Positions 18,968 through 28,814 of a DNA stretch of 64,000 nt are shown here, piece by piece (the stretch's first letter is position 1; each line of letters begins with the position of its first letter). Source of the stretch: Candidatus Bathyarchaeia archaeon (GTDB lineage: Bacteria; Patescibacteriota; Microgenomatia; PFEM01; JAFGMK01); NCBI GenBank assembly GCA_035529595.1, contig DATKWK010000017.1, positions 116,970-180,969 on the forward strand, in the 5' to 3' direction. Under the pieces are notes generated by a model that worked only from the letters and a program-made list of their open reading frames with translations, searched no databases and was not told where the DNA came from. Position numbers and translations under genes: made by a program.

Positions 18968-19597
18968 ATGCCCAAAATTTCCTGTAAATATTTATTCTTG
19001 GCTGTCATTTTATTTTTACTTTGCATTAGCTTAGTCTGCAGATTGATTTCAATGAGATTAAGATTTTTAGGTTGTGGGCCAAGTCTAGTCGTTGCTCGAG
19101 TAATCGATCAGGAATTAAGCTGTCAGTCTTGTCCTACCAGTCCCAGATCCGGCAAGATCAATACTTTTAAGAAGCTGTACTCGATTAAGGGTTCGTTCGA
19201 CAGAATTTTCCGAATTACCAGCGCCAGTTATACTTTTGAAATGAATAAATTATATCTTATTTCGGCCTACCCGGTAAAAGAAGGCGAGGTGGTACCTCCA
19301 GAATACACGACTCCTTGGGAAGACGCGATTGTTGTTAGACTGAACGGATTTTTTGACCCGAGAATAGTCTATTATTACTTTTTAGCTTGGTTTGGTAAGT
19401 CTATATTAAATGTCGGGGCTTATTTTTTTGTTATATTTTTAATAATTTTTGATCATTTCCTTCCGGAATCAGTTTCGGGATTTTTGGCTCTTTTGAGTAT
19501 CCTAATTCTTGCCATTTTTATTTTGTATGCTCTTTATCAATTAATTAAGATTTTTTTTATTAAAATCAGGAAAAAACCTAATCCAGATTCTAAGTGA
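18968..19597 (+). CDS. hypothetical membrane protein
   Basis: Hydrophobic N- and C-terminal segments. No recognisable motifs. Confidence 0.25.
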   Translation: MPKISCKYLFLAVILFLLCISLVCRLISMRLRFLGCGPSLVVARVIDQELSCQSCPTSPRSGKINTFKKLYSIKGSFDRIFRITSASYTFEMNKLYLISAYPVKEGEVVPPEYTTPWEDAIVVRLNGFFDPRIVYYYFLAWFGKSILNVGAYFFVIFLIIFDHFLPESVSGFLALLSILILAIFILYALYQLIKIFFIKIRKKPNPDSK

Positions 19598-19808
19598 CAT
19601 GTTTTTGGGCGCGTTTCAAGCTGAGGTAAAGCAATTTTCACTCTTAAGAAAGAAATTTTAAAAAATTATCTTCGCTCATCACACCTCCGAGGAGTCCGTT
19701 CGGACACTTCGCAGGAGTAATTTCGCTTATTTTCTTTCTAAAGTCTGAACAGATACGAGGTAAAAGGTGTCGTTGACAGGCGAGTGGAAATATTTTAAAG
19801 TTTGAACA

Positions 19809-21377
19809 ATGAGGAAATTTCTTAAATTTTTGCTTCTTGGTATCTTATTTTTTCCCGCTCAAGTTTTGGCTGATGGGATGATTATTTCGCCGTCGGCTTA
19901 CCGGGTGTTTGAAACCGGGCAAAAAGCCGTGGTCTGGTTTGCCAATAATGAAGAGATTTTAATTCTTTCGACTAATTTTGAAGGTGATGCGGCTGATTTC
20001 GGTTGGATCATTCCTGTTCCAGCCCGGCCGGAGGTAGAAAAGGGCAGTGATGAGATTTTTACTGCCTTGGTTGAACTCACCGAACCGGAATATAAAATTC
20101 AGCCGCAGCTCTTAGAAAAAGGTTTCGGTACTCTAGAGTCACCGGGAGCGGAAAAAGTTACCGTGGTTGAAACTAAAAAAGTAGATATTTATGATGTGAG
20201 CGTCGTGACTTCCAGCGAAAGTGAAGCCTTAGCCGAATGGTTTGCTGAAAATAACTACCCTTATCCGGTTTCCCAAGCCTATATTCTAAATGAATATATT
20301 AATAATAAATGGTTTTTTGTGGCGGCCAAAATTAATACCGAGAATCTGGGAGCGAACGTTCAGGGACAATTACACACCGGTCACGCTACACCACTGTTGA
20401 TAAAATTTGAAACCAAAAAAATTGTTTATCCGCTGAAAATTTCTTCAGTAACTGGTGATTTTTACCAGACCGATATTGTTTATCAGGAAGGCTTTAATGA
20501 TTCAGTCAACAACTGGGAAACTTATGGCGGGACGTTTGAATTCGATAGGACAGATGCTTATGAGGGACAAACTTCTTTGCAGATTGTTACTAATCAGGAA
20601 GAAACACCGGTTGAGAGCGGATATCTTTTAGGCGGTCTAGAGAAAGACAAAAACTATGTTTTTTCTGCATATCTTAAGGCAGGAAAAAAAAGCTCTGGTG
20701 CGGTATATCTTAGTGTTAGTCAAAATGGCTTAGACGAAAAATCCGCCTCGTTTGTCTTAGGTGATAACTGGAAAAGGTTAATTATGGCCTTTACTGCTCA
20801 GGCTAAATCCCATCGTTTGAAGATCATTGGTAAAGATTTTATTAAGGGAGAAACTTTTAATATCGATGCCATCCAAGTAGAGGTGGGGACCAAAGCGACT
20901 CCCTTTGAGGATATAAAGCAGGGAAAAATACAGCCGCCCTTTTTTGTCTTAGAAGAAGAGGAGATTCCAGTGAGGAGGATGCTTCCTTCATTATCCTATC
21001 CTTATCCGTCAAACGAGATGATAGAAGTACTTTTATATGTTTTTGATTTCAAAAAGAAAGTCGAAATCCCCGGTTTTACCGCGGAATACGCTGGTTGGGT
21101 TCAGCCGAAACAGATCGAGGATTTGGCCTTAGACACAGTCGGTGATCCTTTGTTGTCCGCAAAAAGAAAAATGTATCTGACTAAACTAAGACGGGTGATG
21201 AGACAGGATGAAATGACCAGTGATCTTTACCCTCGTTACGCGGATCGTAACCAAGCTATCGGTCAAGGTAGCTCGATCTCAATTGATCCATTTATGGTAG
21301 TCTTTGTTTTTGCTATTCCGCTTCTTTTGGAAATCATTTTTGCGGTTTGGTTATTTGGGCGGAGGAAGGAACCCTAG
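19809..21377 (+). CDS. DUF2330-like secreted protein with a central carbohydrate-binding-like beta-sandwich and a C-terminal transmembrane anchor
   Basis: Signal peptide plus a GWIIPVPARPEV block typical of DUF2330. The middle region resembles CBM_4_9. The C-terminal hydrophobic segment is followed by RRKEP. Confidence 0.45.
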   Translation: MRKFLKFLLLGILFFPAQVLADGMIISPSAYRVFETGQKAVVWFANNEEILILSTNFEGDAADFGWIIPVPARPEVEKGSDEIFTALVELTEPEYKIQPQLLEKGFGTLESPGAEKVTVVETKKVDIYDVSVVTSSESEALAEWFAENNYPYPVSQAYILNEYINNKWFFVAAKINTENLGANVQGQLHTGHATPLLIKFETKKIVYPLKISSVTGDFYQTDIVYQEGFNDSVNNWETYGGTFEFDRTDAYEGQTSLQIVTNQEETPVESGYLLGGLEKDKNYVFSAYLKAGKKSSGAVYLSVSQNGLDEKSASFVLGDNWKRLIMAFTAQAKSHRLKIIGKDFIKGETFNIDAIQVEVGTKATPFEDIKQGKIQPPFFVLEEEEIPVRRMLPSLSYPYPSNEMIEVLLYVFDFKKKVEIPGFTAEYAGWVQPKQIEDLALDTVGDPLLSAKRKMYLTKLRRVMRQDEMTSDLYPRYADRNQAIGQGSSISIDPFMVVFVFAIPLLLEIIFAVWLFGRRKEP

Positions 21378-21378
21378 T

Positions 21379-22002
21379 ATGGCCACCTTAATACCCACTC
21401 CTGTCTCGATTATTATTCAGTTACTTATTATTCTCCTTTTTTTTATTTTTTTAGGATCAGTCGTTCTTGGATTGGGACGGGTTTGTGCCAAAAGAGCGGA
21501 GAATAAGACTCAAAAAAAACCCCAAAAGTGGTTTTTTTTGGTTGTCAGTTTTTTCTTCAGTACGATTCTTTACCTGGCTATTGCTGATCTGGCGCGGATT
21601 ATCTTTCGGTATCAACTGGCCGTTAATGATTGGTCTTTTTACCCGTATGATCAATTAATTAAAAAGATTTCGGCGCGGATGGTAGTGATTTTACTTGATT
21701 TCCCCGTTTTTGCCTGGGTTTGGTATCAGGCTACCGTCAAGACTGCTGATAAGACTCAAGAAAAAAGTGAGCTTATGGCTCGCAGTTGTTTCTTGCGGCT
21801 TGAGCTGTTTGTTTTCGGATCGGTTCTCTTTATTTTACTGGGAACTTGCCTTTATAATTTTTTCAACTGGATTTTAGGAGTTGGTGAAATCAATTGGACA
21901 AGTTTCAGTGGCCCCTTCAGTTATGCCATTGTGACTCTGTCATATTCTGTTTTTAAATTAACCGCTTATTTTTCTGCCGGCAAGAGATTGAAACTCCTTT
22001 AG
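21379..22002 (+). CDS. hypothetical polytopic membrane protein
   Basis: Four hydrophobic helices. The start is taken at the ATG at 21379 after the upstream stop. Confidence 0.3.
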   Translation: MATLIPTPVSIIIQLLIILLFFIFLGSVVLGLGRVCAKRAENKTQKKPQKWFFLVVSFFFSTILYLAIADLARIIFRYQLAVNDWSFYPYDQLIKKISARMVVILLDFPVFAWVWYQATVKTADKTQEKSELMARSCFLRLELFVFGSVLFILLGTCLYNFFNWILGVGEINWTSFSGPFSYAIVTLSYSVFKLTAYFSAGKRLKLL

Positions 22003-22061
22003 AGATCGAAACTTGATTGTCAGTTTGTCATTTTTTTTAAGTTATGGTATCATAGTCAACA

Positions 22062-22961
22062 ATGAAGAAGGGATTGATTTTAGCTGGTGTTACCCTGATT
22101 ATTATTGGTGTAGTCGGTTACTTGGTATTTGCTAAAGTTTTCGTTAAACCCGGTAAGGCGGCTCTCCAAATTGCTTCTACTCCCGATACAAAAGTCTTTT
22201 TAAATGATGAGGAATCGGGGATAACTCCTTATTTCAACGATAAGCTTGAGGCGAGTGAATATACGGTTAAGTTAGTTCCTCAGAACGGAGAAGATCTGAT
22301 TAACTGGGAAGGAAAAGTGAGTCTGGTTCCAAATATCGTCACCTCAATTACCTATCAATTGGGAACCAGTGAAGACTTGTCTTCGGGTGAGATTCTATCT
22401 TTGGAAAAGATTACTGATTCTAAGGCCTCTGCTTTGGCAGTCGTCTCTCAGCCCGATGAAGCGTTGGTTAAAATCAATGGGGAGTCAAAGGGATTTGCGC
22501 CCGTTCTGGTTGACGGTTTACCGTCGGGTGAGTATCAAATTACGATTTCTGCGCCTGGTTTTGTAGAAAAGACGATTTCGGCTCAGACGGTCTCCGGATA
22601 TAAATTGACGCTTTCTATCAAACTGGCTCGCGAAGAATTAGGTGATGTTGCCGAGGCAACCGAAAGCGCTGAAGAAGAAACAGAGGAGGAAAAAGAAACC
22701 GAAAATACGGAAGAGGAAGAGACAGAAGTGTCGCCGACGCCGATTTCTTTGGAAAAGCCATATGTAAAAATCCGCTCCACACCGACTGGTTGGTTAAGGG
22801 TCAGAATGGGGCCAAATACTTCGGCGACCGAAGCAGCCAAAGTTAATCCCGGTGAGGCCTTCCCTTATCTCGACGAGGAAGAAAACGGCTGGTATAAGAT
22901 TGAATACGAGAAGGGTGAGGAAGGTTGGGTATCAGGAGTTTATGCTGAGTTAGTAAAGTAG
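22062..22961 (+). CDS. PEGA domain and SH3b domain protein with an acidic linker
   Basis: N-terminal transmembrane segment, a PEGA-like DEALVKINGESKGFAPVLVDGLPSGEYQITISAPGF, and a C-terminal GWLRVRMGPNTSA...NGWYKIEYEKGEEGWVSG SH3_3-like region. Confidence 0.5.
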   Translation: MKKGLILAGVTLIIIGVVGYLVFAKVFVKPGKAALQIASTPDTKVFLNDEESGITPYFNDKLEASEYTVKLVPQNGEDLINWEGKVSLVPNIVTSITYQLGTSEDLSSGEILSLEKITDSKASALAVVSQPDEALVKINGESKGFAPVLVDGLPSGEYQITISAPGFVEKTISAQTVSGYKLTLSIKLAREELGDVAEATESAEEETEEEKETENTEEEETEVSPTPISLEKPYVKIRSTPTGWLRVRMGPNTSATEAAKVNPGEAFPYLDEEENGWYKIEYEKGEEGWVSGVYAELVK

Positions 22962-22986
22962 TTGTGCTTTCTGATAAGACTTCTTC

Positions 22987-23838
22987 TTAATCTTTAAACT
23001 GGATTGACAATAGCATTTGTTTAGCGACTTCATGTTGTGATGGTGTGTATATCATCCCGCTTAATTGTAGCTTGGGAACTATTTCATTTTCGATAGCTTC
23101 ACCTTTTTTTACTTGATCAAAGTAGACGCCAATAATATCTGGGTATACCTGCGGCTCGATCAACTTAGCCTGTCTTTTACCAATTGTCGGGTATGATACG
23201 TTATGAGAGTCTTCATAGCCTTTTAACGAATTAGAATAACTGCCGTAATCGTAAGATAACGAAAAATCCGGACATATTATTTCGCCAACCGAAGAATCGA
23301 TTCCTTGTATTGGCCGGTGGTAACAAAATGCCGGTGACAACATAGAGAAACTTCTTTCTATAGAAATATCTGTTCTTTGCCAAGACTCCAGTGGCTCATA
23401 GCTATACAGTTCAAGCGGTACAGGTGTAGATGTTGTTGTTGGTAACGTGACATGATCGAGGGGTAATGACGGAATTAAGCAGGCTCTGTTTTCACAGCCA
23501 TTTTCGCAAAGTATTATTGTTCTATTCACCCAAATTTCGCCATTGGTATTGGTATGGCATTGTCCTTCCCAAACTGCAGTATTATCTTGGATGCACTCAT
23601 CATTAACAATAATTTGTCTGCCCTCTAATCCGTAATATGTAACCGATCCGGGGAGATATTGTTCATGCTTAAAATTGTAAATATCGTTATCGATGCAAAT
23701 ATCTTGCTTATAAAGTAGAATATCAAAGTTTAACTTCTTGATTTTAGTCTGTTGCCATAAGCAGGTTGCGCTTATTGCCATAATTAGGCTAATTAAAACG
23801 CCGGATAAAATAACTAATTGCCTAACCTTTGGTTTCAC
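22987..23838 (-). CDS. hypothetical secreted Cys-rich protein
   Basis: N-terminal signal/transmembrane segment and many Cys residues. Confidence 0.3.
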   Translation of the reverse strand: MKPKVRQLVILSGVLISLIMAISATCLWQQTKIKKLNFDILLYKQDICIDNDIYNFKHEQYLPGSVTYYGLEGRQIIVNDECIQDNTAVWEGQCHTNTNGEIWVNRTIILCENGCENRACLIPSLPLDHVTLPTTTSTPVPLELYSYEPLESWQRTDISIERSFSMLSPAFCYHRPIQGIDSSVGEIICPDFSLSYDYGSYSNSLKGYEDSHNVSYPTIGKRQAKLIEPQVYPDIIGVYFDQVKKGEAIENEIVPKLQLSGMIYTPSQHEVAKQMLLSIQFKD

Positions 23839-23894
23839 TTTTAGATTAATTCTAAAATTTTTTGAGTAACGTCACTACTGATGATAGTAGTTGT

Positions 23895-24815
23895 TTAATT
23901 AATCTTTTTCAAGATTAGTAACTTTTTTAAGACTCTGGGGATTTCGTCGCATAGGTCTGAGGTGTTGAAATAAATTCCTACTTTCTTTTTCAAAGAGTCG
24001 CCGGCTAGGCCATTAATATACGCACCAGCGCAGGCAGCCAAGAAAAGATCGTTTTCGCAGGCAAGTGATGCCACCAGTCCAGCTAAAACATCACCAGTCC
24101 CTCCTTTAGTCATTCCTTCATTACCGGTGATATTGTATTTCCACTCGGTAGGCGAGGTAATGATATCGATTGGGCCTTTAAGTAAAATGACGCAGCCGTA
24201 TTGCTTTGAATATTTTTGGACCAGCTTGGCTCTTCTTTTATTTTTTTGATAATTGAAACTGGCGCTTTTGTGGTTATTCTGAGTTGATTTTAGAATTTCT
24301 ATCTCCTCTTTGGCAGGATTGAAAAGATTGACAAACTCACCCAAATGAGGAGTAATAACTTGCTTTTGATTCAAAGCCCTTTTATTAATAGTCTGAAGGC
24401 TGCAAGCGTCAATTATCCAGCACTGGTTAGGATGTTGAGCTAGAAGTTGCTCGGTTAAGTTCTTGGTAGTGGCGTTTTTTTCAAGACCCGGTCCGATAAG
24501 AACAGCTTCTGACTTCTTAAGATAAGCATGAACCTGATTTTTAGGAACGGCAATAAAGTCAAAGAGTAACGCTTTGTGGGCAATCTTTAAATTTTCAGGA
24601 ATTGAGCAGTAATAGACAAGATCAACGATTCGCGAAGCTATTTTAACTGCCCAAAGCGAGGCGCCATGGAAAAGACGAGAGCCGCCAATAATCAGTAATT
24701 TTCCGTTTTCTCCCTTATACGACTGTTTAGCTGGTTTATAGAGAGCTTTTATATCGCCAACATCGACGCGCTGAGCGAGTTCTTCTGAAATATATTTGCT
24801 TTTATCCCAATCCAT
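23895..24815 (-). CDS. nnrD: NAD(P)H-hydrate dehydratase (YjeF C-terminal domain / carbohydrate-kinase fold)
   Basis: GGSRLFHGA...GGTGDVLAGLVASL motifs. Confidence 0.65.
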   Translation of the reverse strand: MDWDKSKYISEELAQRVDVGDIKALYKPAKQSYKGENGKLLIIGGSRLFHGASLWAVKIASRIVDLVYYCSIPENLKIAHKALLFDFIAVPKNQVHAYLKKSEAVLIGPGLEKNATTKNLTEQLLAQHPNQCWIIDACSLQTINKRALNQKQVITPHLGEFVNLFNPAKEEIEILKSTQNNHKSASFNYQKNKRRAKLVQKYSKQYGCVILLKGPIDIITSPTEWKYNITGNEGMTKGGTGDVLAGLVASLACENDLFLAACAGAYINGLAGDSLKKKVGIYFNTSDLCDEIPRVLKKLLILKKIN

Positions 24816-25746
24816 AAATAATGAAAATCAGCAAGAATCCCCAAATCAAGACGCTAGTCAGAAGCGGTTTATCAGAAAGAAGAACTCTTTCCGGCGCCTC
24901 GGCTTTGCCTCCTTCATAAATGATTTTTGTGTAGCGCATGATTCCAAAAATAACAATCGGAATTGTGATCATCAACCACTTATTGGTTCCTGCCAGAGTC
25001 AGAGGTATTTTGGCAAAAATACCGGCTAGGGAAGGAAATTTATAAGTAATTAAAGGTGGAGGTTCAAAAAAGGTAAAGAGAGCATAAGATATCCAAGTTG
25101 AGGTAGAAAACATAGCCAAATAGTTATCTAGAATTTCTTCGCAGTAGTGAGTCAAAGTTTCGCGGTGCTTGCGGGCAATTGTCTTACTTAGGACAGTTAA
25201 CTCGGCACGCCGTTTGCCAACGGCTAAAAAAAGAGATAAGGAAATTACGCAAAGGAGAAACCAAACTGACATGTGAACGCCCAACGCAAAGGCACCGGCA
25301 TAGACTCGTAACACAAAACCACTGGCAATAGTGATTACATCAATAATAACGACCTTTTTAAGATAAAAGGTATAAAAAAACTGGGTAATCAAGTAAATTA
25401 GACAGGTGGAAAAAAAGAAAAAATTATTAAGGAGGGCTAAATATAAAGCGATAAAGGCGATTAGGATGGCGGAAAAAAGGGCGGCCGGGACACTTAGTTG
25501 GCCAGCCGCAATCGGCCGTTTGCTTTTATAAGGATGAATTTGGTCTGAAGGCAGGTCGATAACATCGTTAAAGATATAAACAGCAGCGGTAAGAAGAGAA
25601 AAAGCGATTAGGCAATAAATGATGGTGATAATTTCGGGTAAGAGAAACAGGTTACCTGAAAAAATTAAAGGAGCCAAGAGAGCAAGGTTTTTTAATGATT
25701 GTCTAGGCCTTGCCGACTTGACCAGGTTAATAAGAAACGAAGCCAT
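24802..25746 (-). CDS. UbiA family prenyltransferase (decaprenyl-phosphate phosphoribosyltransferase-like)
   Basis: NDVIDLPSDQIHPYKSKRPIAAG is the UbiA Asp-rich motif. Polytopic. Confidence 0.6.
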   Translation of the reverse strand: MASFLINLVKSARPRQSLKNLALLAPLIFSGNLFLLPEIITIIYCLIAFSLLTAAVYIFNDVIDLPSDQIHPYKSKRPIAAGQLSVPAALFSAILIAFIALYLALLNNFFFFSTCLIYLITQFFYTFYLKKVVIIDVITIASGFVLRVYAGAFALGVHMSVWFLLCVISLSLFLAVGKRRAELTVLSKTIARKHRETLTHYCEEILDNYLAMFSTSTWISYALFTFFEPPPLITYKFPSLAGIFAKIPLTLAGTNKWLMITIPIVIFGIMRYTKIIYEGGKAEAPERVLLSDKPLLTSVLIWGFLLIFIIYGLG

Positions 25747-26798
25747 AAAAGAATGCCTCCGATAATAATAACCAACATAATGATTGTATAAAATTTTTGC
25801 TGGCTATTCAAATATAGAGCGATTGTTCCCAATAGAGCCGTTGAGAGCCAATAAAAGTAGGCCGTTTTTCTTTTACTCCAGCCCAAGTCAAGAAGTCGGT
25901 GATGAAGATGGCCACGGTCAGCCCAGACTGGGGAGTGACCAGAGAGAATTCTTCGGATAATGGTATAGAATGCATCAATCATCGGGATACCGAGGACCAC
26001 GATCGCGGTACCTACTTTTGTAGTTGACAAAATCGCCAGCACCGCTAGCATGAAGCCGGCTAAGGTTCCTCCTCCATAACCGGGCATAATTTTTTGTGGA
26101 TAAAAGTTAAATGGTAAAAAACCTAAGTAGGCCCCGGCGGTAATCGAAGCTAAGATTGCTACTGGCCATTGAGTTATGTCAGCGGAAAAGCGAAAAGATA
26201 AAAGAGCAACTGTTAAAGCAGCGATGGTGACTACTCCCGGCAATTGCCCGTCAAATCCTTTGGCCCAATTGACAATATTGGTAAGCCAGACAATCCAGAT
26301 TAAAGCCAGAATGTCTGCCATAATCCAGATACTGCGTCTTTCTCCGAAGAGTGAAAAACTAATCTGCAGTTGATCAAGGCGGATTACATTAGATCTAAGC
26401 GGGTTATTGATAAAAGCGATACCTATTCCTGAAGCGACCACCATACCGGCGGCTAAAAAACAGGTAACTACCCGCAAGTAAGGATTTAGATCCAGTCGAT
26501 CATCCAGCAGGCCAACAAAAGTCAAAATTGTTGCCCCGCTGATAATTCCCGTAATATGTTTATCGAGAGGCAGGAGGACCACCGTGGTTAGAATAAGACT
26601 TAAATAAATCGGTAAACCTCCGGCGCGAGGTATGATTCCTTGGTGGGTATGGGCCGGATGTTTTCTTCTCTTTTTATCAGTAACTAAGTTGAATTTCCTG
26701 GCCAGATAAATTGCTGGTGGTGTAGCCAGAAAACTAATTAGGGCTGAAAAGAGAAGGGGCTTGAAAATCAGTTTTAAAAATAAGGACTCGCTAATCAT
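25692..26798 (-). CDS. polyprenyl-phosphate N-acetylhexosamine-1-phosphate transferase (GT4, MraY/WecA family)
   Basis: IPRAGGLP, GLLDDRLDL, NIVNWAKGFDGQ and DRGHLHHRLL motifs. Confidence 0.7.
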   Translation of the reverse strand: MISESLFLKLIFKPLLFSALISFLATPPAIYLARKFNLVTDKKRRKHPAHTHQGIIPRAGGLPIYLSLILTTVVLLPLDKHITGIISGATILTFVGLLDDRLDLNPYLRVVTCFLAAGMVVASGIGIAFINNPLRSNVIRLDQLQISFSLFGERRSIWIMADILALIWIVWLTNIVNWAKGFDGQLPGVVTIAALTVALLSFRFSADITQWPVAILASITAGAYLGFLPFNFYPQKIMPGYGGGTLAGFMLAVLAILSTTKVGTAIVVLGIPMIDAFYTIIRRILSGHSPVWADRGHLHHRLLDLGWSKRKTAYFYWLSTALLGTIALYLNSQQKFYTIIMLVIIIGGILLWLRFLLTWSSRQGLDNH

Positions 26799-26801
26799 TT
26801 T

Positions 26802-27188
26802 TTAGGTTATTAAGCTGGTTATTTTGTAGGCAGCGATAGAACAAAGAAGGGTAACTATCAATGCTGTTGCTGCCAGAACCCGCCTGATTAAAATATCTTT
26901 TTTGAGCGTAAAAATTGCCAGGAAAGTATTTAAGGTAAGGATTCCAAAAGAAAAAGCTGGTAAAAGCCAGAGTTCTAATGGAGAAGCAAGCTGTTTTTCT
27001 CCCCAGGGTCGACTGTAAAAAAGAGGTATTTGGGGGGGTAATCGATTCCAGCTATAAAAGATCAGTAGGGAGGTTAAAATGATCAAGCAAAGAGATGCCA
27101 GCGAAGAAAACCAGACAAAAGAATCATCTCTTAATAACGCTAGTTCCTTTTTATTAATGGGGATTTTTAAGAGCCTTCTCTGATTCAT
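26802..27188 (-). CDS. small hypothetical membrane protein
   Basis: Three hydrophobic helices. No motif. Confidence 0.3.
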   Translation of the reverse strand: MNQRRLLKIPINKKELALLRDDSFVWFSSLASLCLIILTSLLIFYSWNRLPPQIPLFYSRPWGEKQLASPLELWLLPAFSFGILTLNTFLAIFTLKKDILIRRVLAATALIVTLLCSIAAYKITSLIT

Positions 27189-27218
27189 TTGAGGCTTATT
27201 ATAACATTCCTCTTTCAG

Positions 27219-28715
27219 TTATCTTTGTGAATCCCGATGATAAATTTCAATCTCTCCGAAAGTTTCAATTAAGGAGTAGTTTTGGTGAAGGAAATAAAAA
27301 AGTTTGCCTAAGGATTCTTTTTCGTTTTTAAAAACAACAAAAAGACGAGGTGGTTTGAGAGAAAGAGCGGCAAGTGTCTTTATGAAATCCTTATCAAAAT
27401 CTTTAATGTGGTAGGCGGCAGCATAGCGGCCGACAGGCAATCTTTCCGCTAAAGGGTAAAGGCAAGTCTGGTCTCCCCAGACGAAAATCTTCTCGTTTGG
27501 AGCAGAATGAGTCTTGATGAAGTTAGCAGTTTGGTAAAGGCTTAAGATCTGGTTACTCCAGAATGTAGAATACTCTTCATGGCTTTTTATGCCTATCAGA
27601 TACTGATAGAAATTTTGGTAATAGGGCCAGACTGGGTAACGGTAATAATCGAAGTGGGTGAAAATTAAACTCAAGATTAGGACAAAAATGATTGGAATTA
27701 GTTTGAGTGCTCTATATGAAGAAAAAAGTAAGCCTAGCGAAAGACAAAATGCCGGCAGAGCTTGATATAAGTAGTGGGGGTAAGGACGAGAAGAAAGCAG
27801 GGCGGCAAAAATATTAAGAAAAAACCAACCAATGATCAGGTTAAATGTTGTCGAAGAGGGTTTTTTTCTTCTTAAAACAAACAGGGAAATGACAACTGAG
27901 AGTACGAGTAGCGCCCTTAGGGGCAGAGAGAAAGGTAGCGGAGAAGTTTTAATCACGCTCGGCGTCCAGGAAGAAAGATAGGGAATATTTTGGGCAAAAG
28001 CGGCATTAAAATAATCGCTCCCGGCGCCTTTAAGGCTGTAATATATTATACTTGAGGCAATTGGTGCCAAAAAACCAAAAACCAAAGACCAAAACTCTGG
28101 CTTGGTAAAAGAGATAATGATTTTTCTAAAGCTTTCTTTTTGAAGTACAAAGAAAACGATTATCGCTGTGACAAAGTCAAAGACTGCCGGTACTTTAAAA
28201 AGAGTTGAGAGGGAAAAAAGGCAGCCGGCAAAGAAAAAACCCGATTTTAAATTTTTTTTACGCAGCAGTATTAAAAAACCGGCAATCGAGGTATAAATCA
28301 GGAAATTTTCGGCGTTGGCAATTGTTCCTTCGAATAAGGGAATTGGTGCCAAGATCGAAAAAGCCAAAATAGAGATTCTGACCGATCTTTTTTCTTTAGG
28401 AAAAAGTTTTTGGGCTAAGTTGTGAAAAAAGAAAAAACCTACCCCTGTCCAAAGAAAGTAAAGCAGTCGGTAAGTCTTGAAATTACCGGCGATTGCCGCT
28501 ATTAGATAAAGAAGCGGTGGTTTGTTGTCATGAATATCGCGGTAAAAAACTAAACCTTTCCGAAGGGCTTGCCCTAGGGTTAGATAGACACCTTCGTCGC
28601 CATAAACAAGGGGTTCAAATAGCGAGGGGAGACGCAAGAGCAGAAAAATAATAAAACTGAGATAAAGATAGTTTTCTTTTTGAGAGAGGATAGCTTTAAA
28701 TTTCGCGCTTTTCAT
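27219..28715 (-). CDS. GT-C fold membrane glycosyltransferase (ArnT/PMT-like, GT39/GT83-type)
   Basis: YGDEGVY motif in the first extracytoplasmic loop, with more than 10 transmembrane helices. Confidence 0.5.
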   Translation of the reverse strand: MKSAKFKAILSQKENYLYLSFIIFLLLRLPSLFEPLVYGDEGVYLTLGQALRKGLVFYRDIHDNKPPLLYLIAAIAGNFKTYRLLYFLWTGVGFFFFHNLAQKLFPKEKRSVRISILAFSILAPIPLFEGTIANAENFLIYTSIAGFLILLRKKNLKSGFFFAGCLFSLSTLFKVPAVFDFVTAIIVFFVLQKESFRKIIISFTKPEFWSLVFGFLAPIASSIIYYSLKGAGSDYFNAAFAQNIPYLSSWTPSVIKTSPLPFSLPLRALLVLSVVISLFVLRRKKPSSTTFNLIIGWFFLNIFAALLSSRPYPHYLYQALPAFCLSLGLLFSSYRALKLIPIIFVLILSLIFTHFDYYRYPVWPYYQNFYQYLIGIKSHEEYSTFWSNQILSLYQTANFIKTHSAPNEKIFVWGDQTCLYPLAERLPVGRYAAAYHIKDFDKDFIKTLAALSLKPPRLFVVFKNEKESLGKLFYFLHQNYSLIETFGEIEIYHRDSQR

Positions 28716-28814
28716 TTATAGGGAACGAAACTAGTAAGTCTTTAATAATCTTAAACATATTAACTCAGTTTAGCAGATACGGACAAATTTACTCAAGAGG
28801 GCAATATCTTTTAA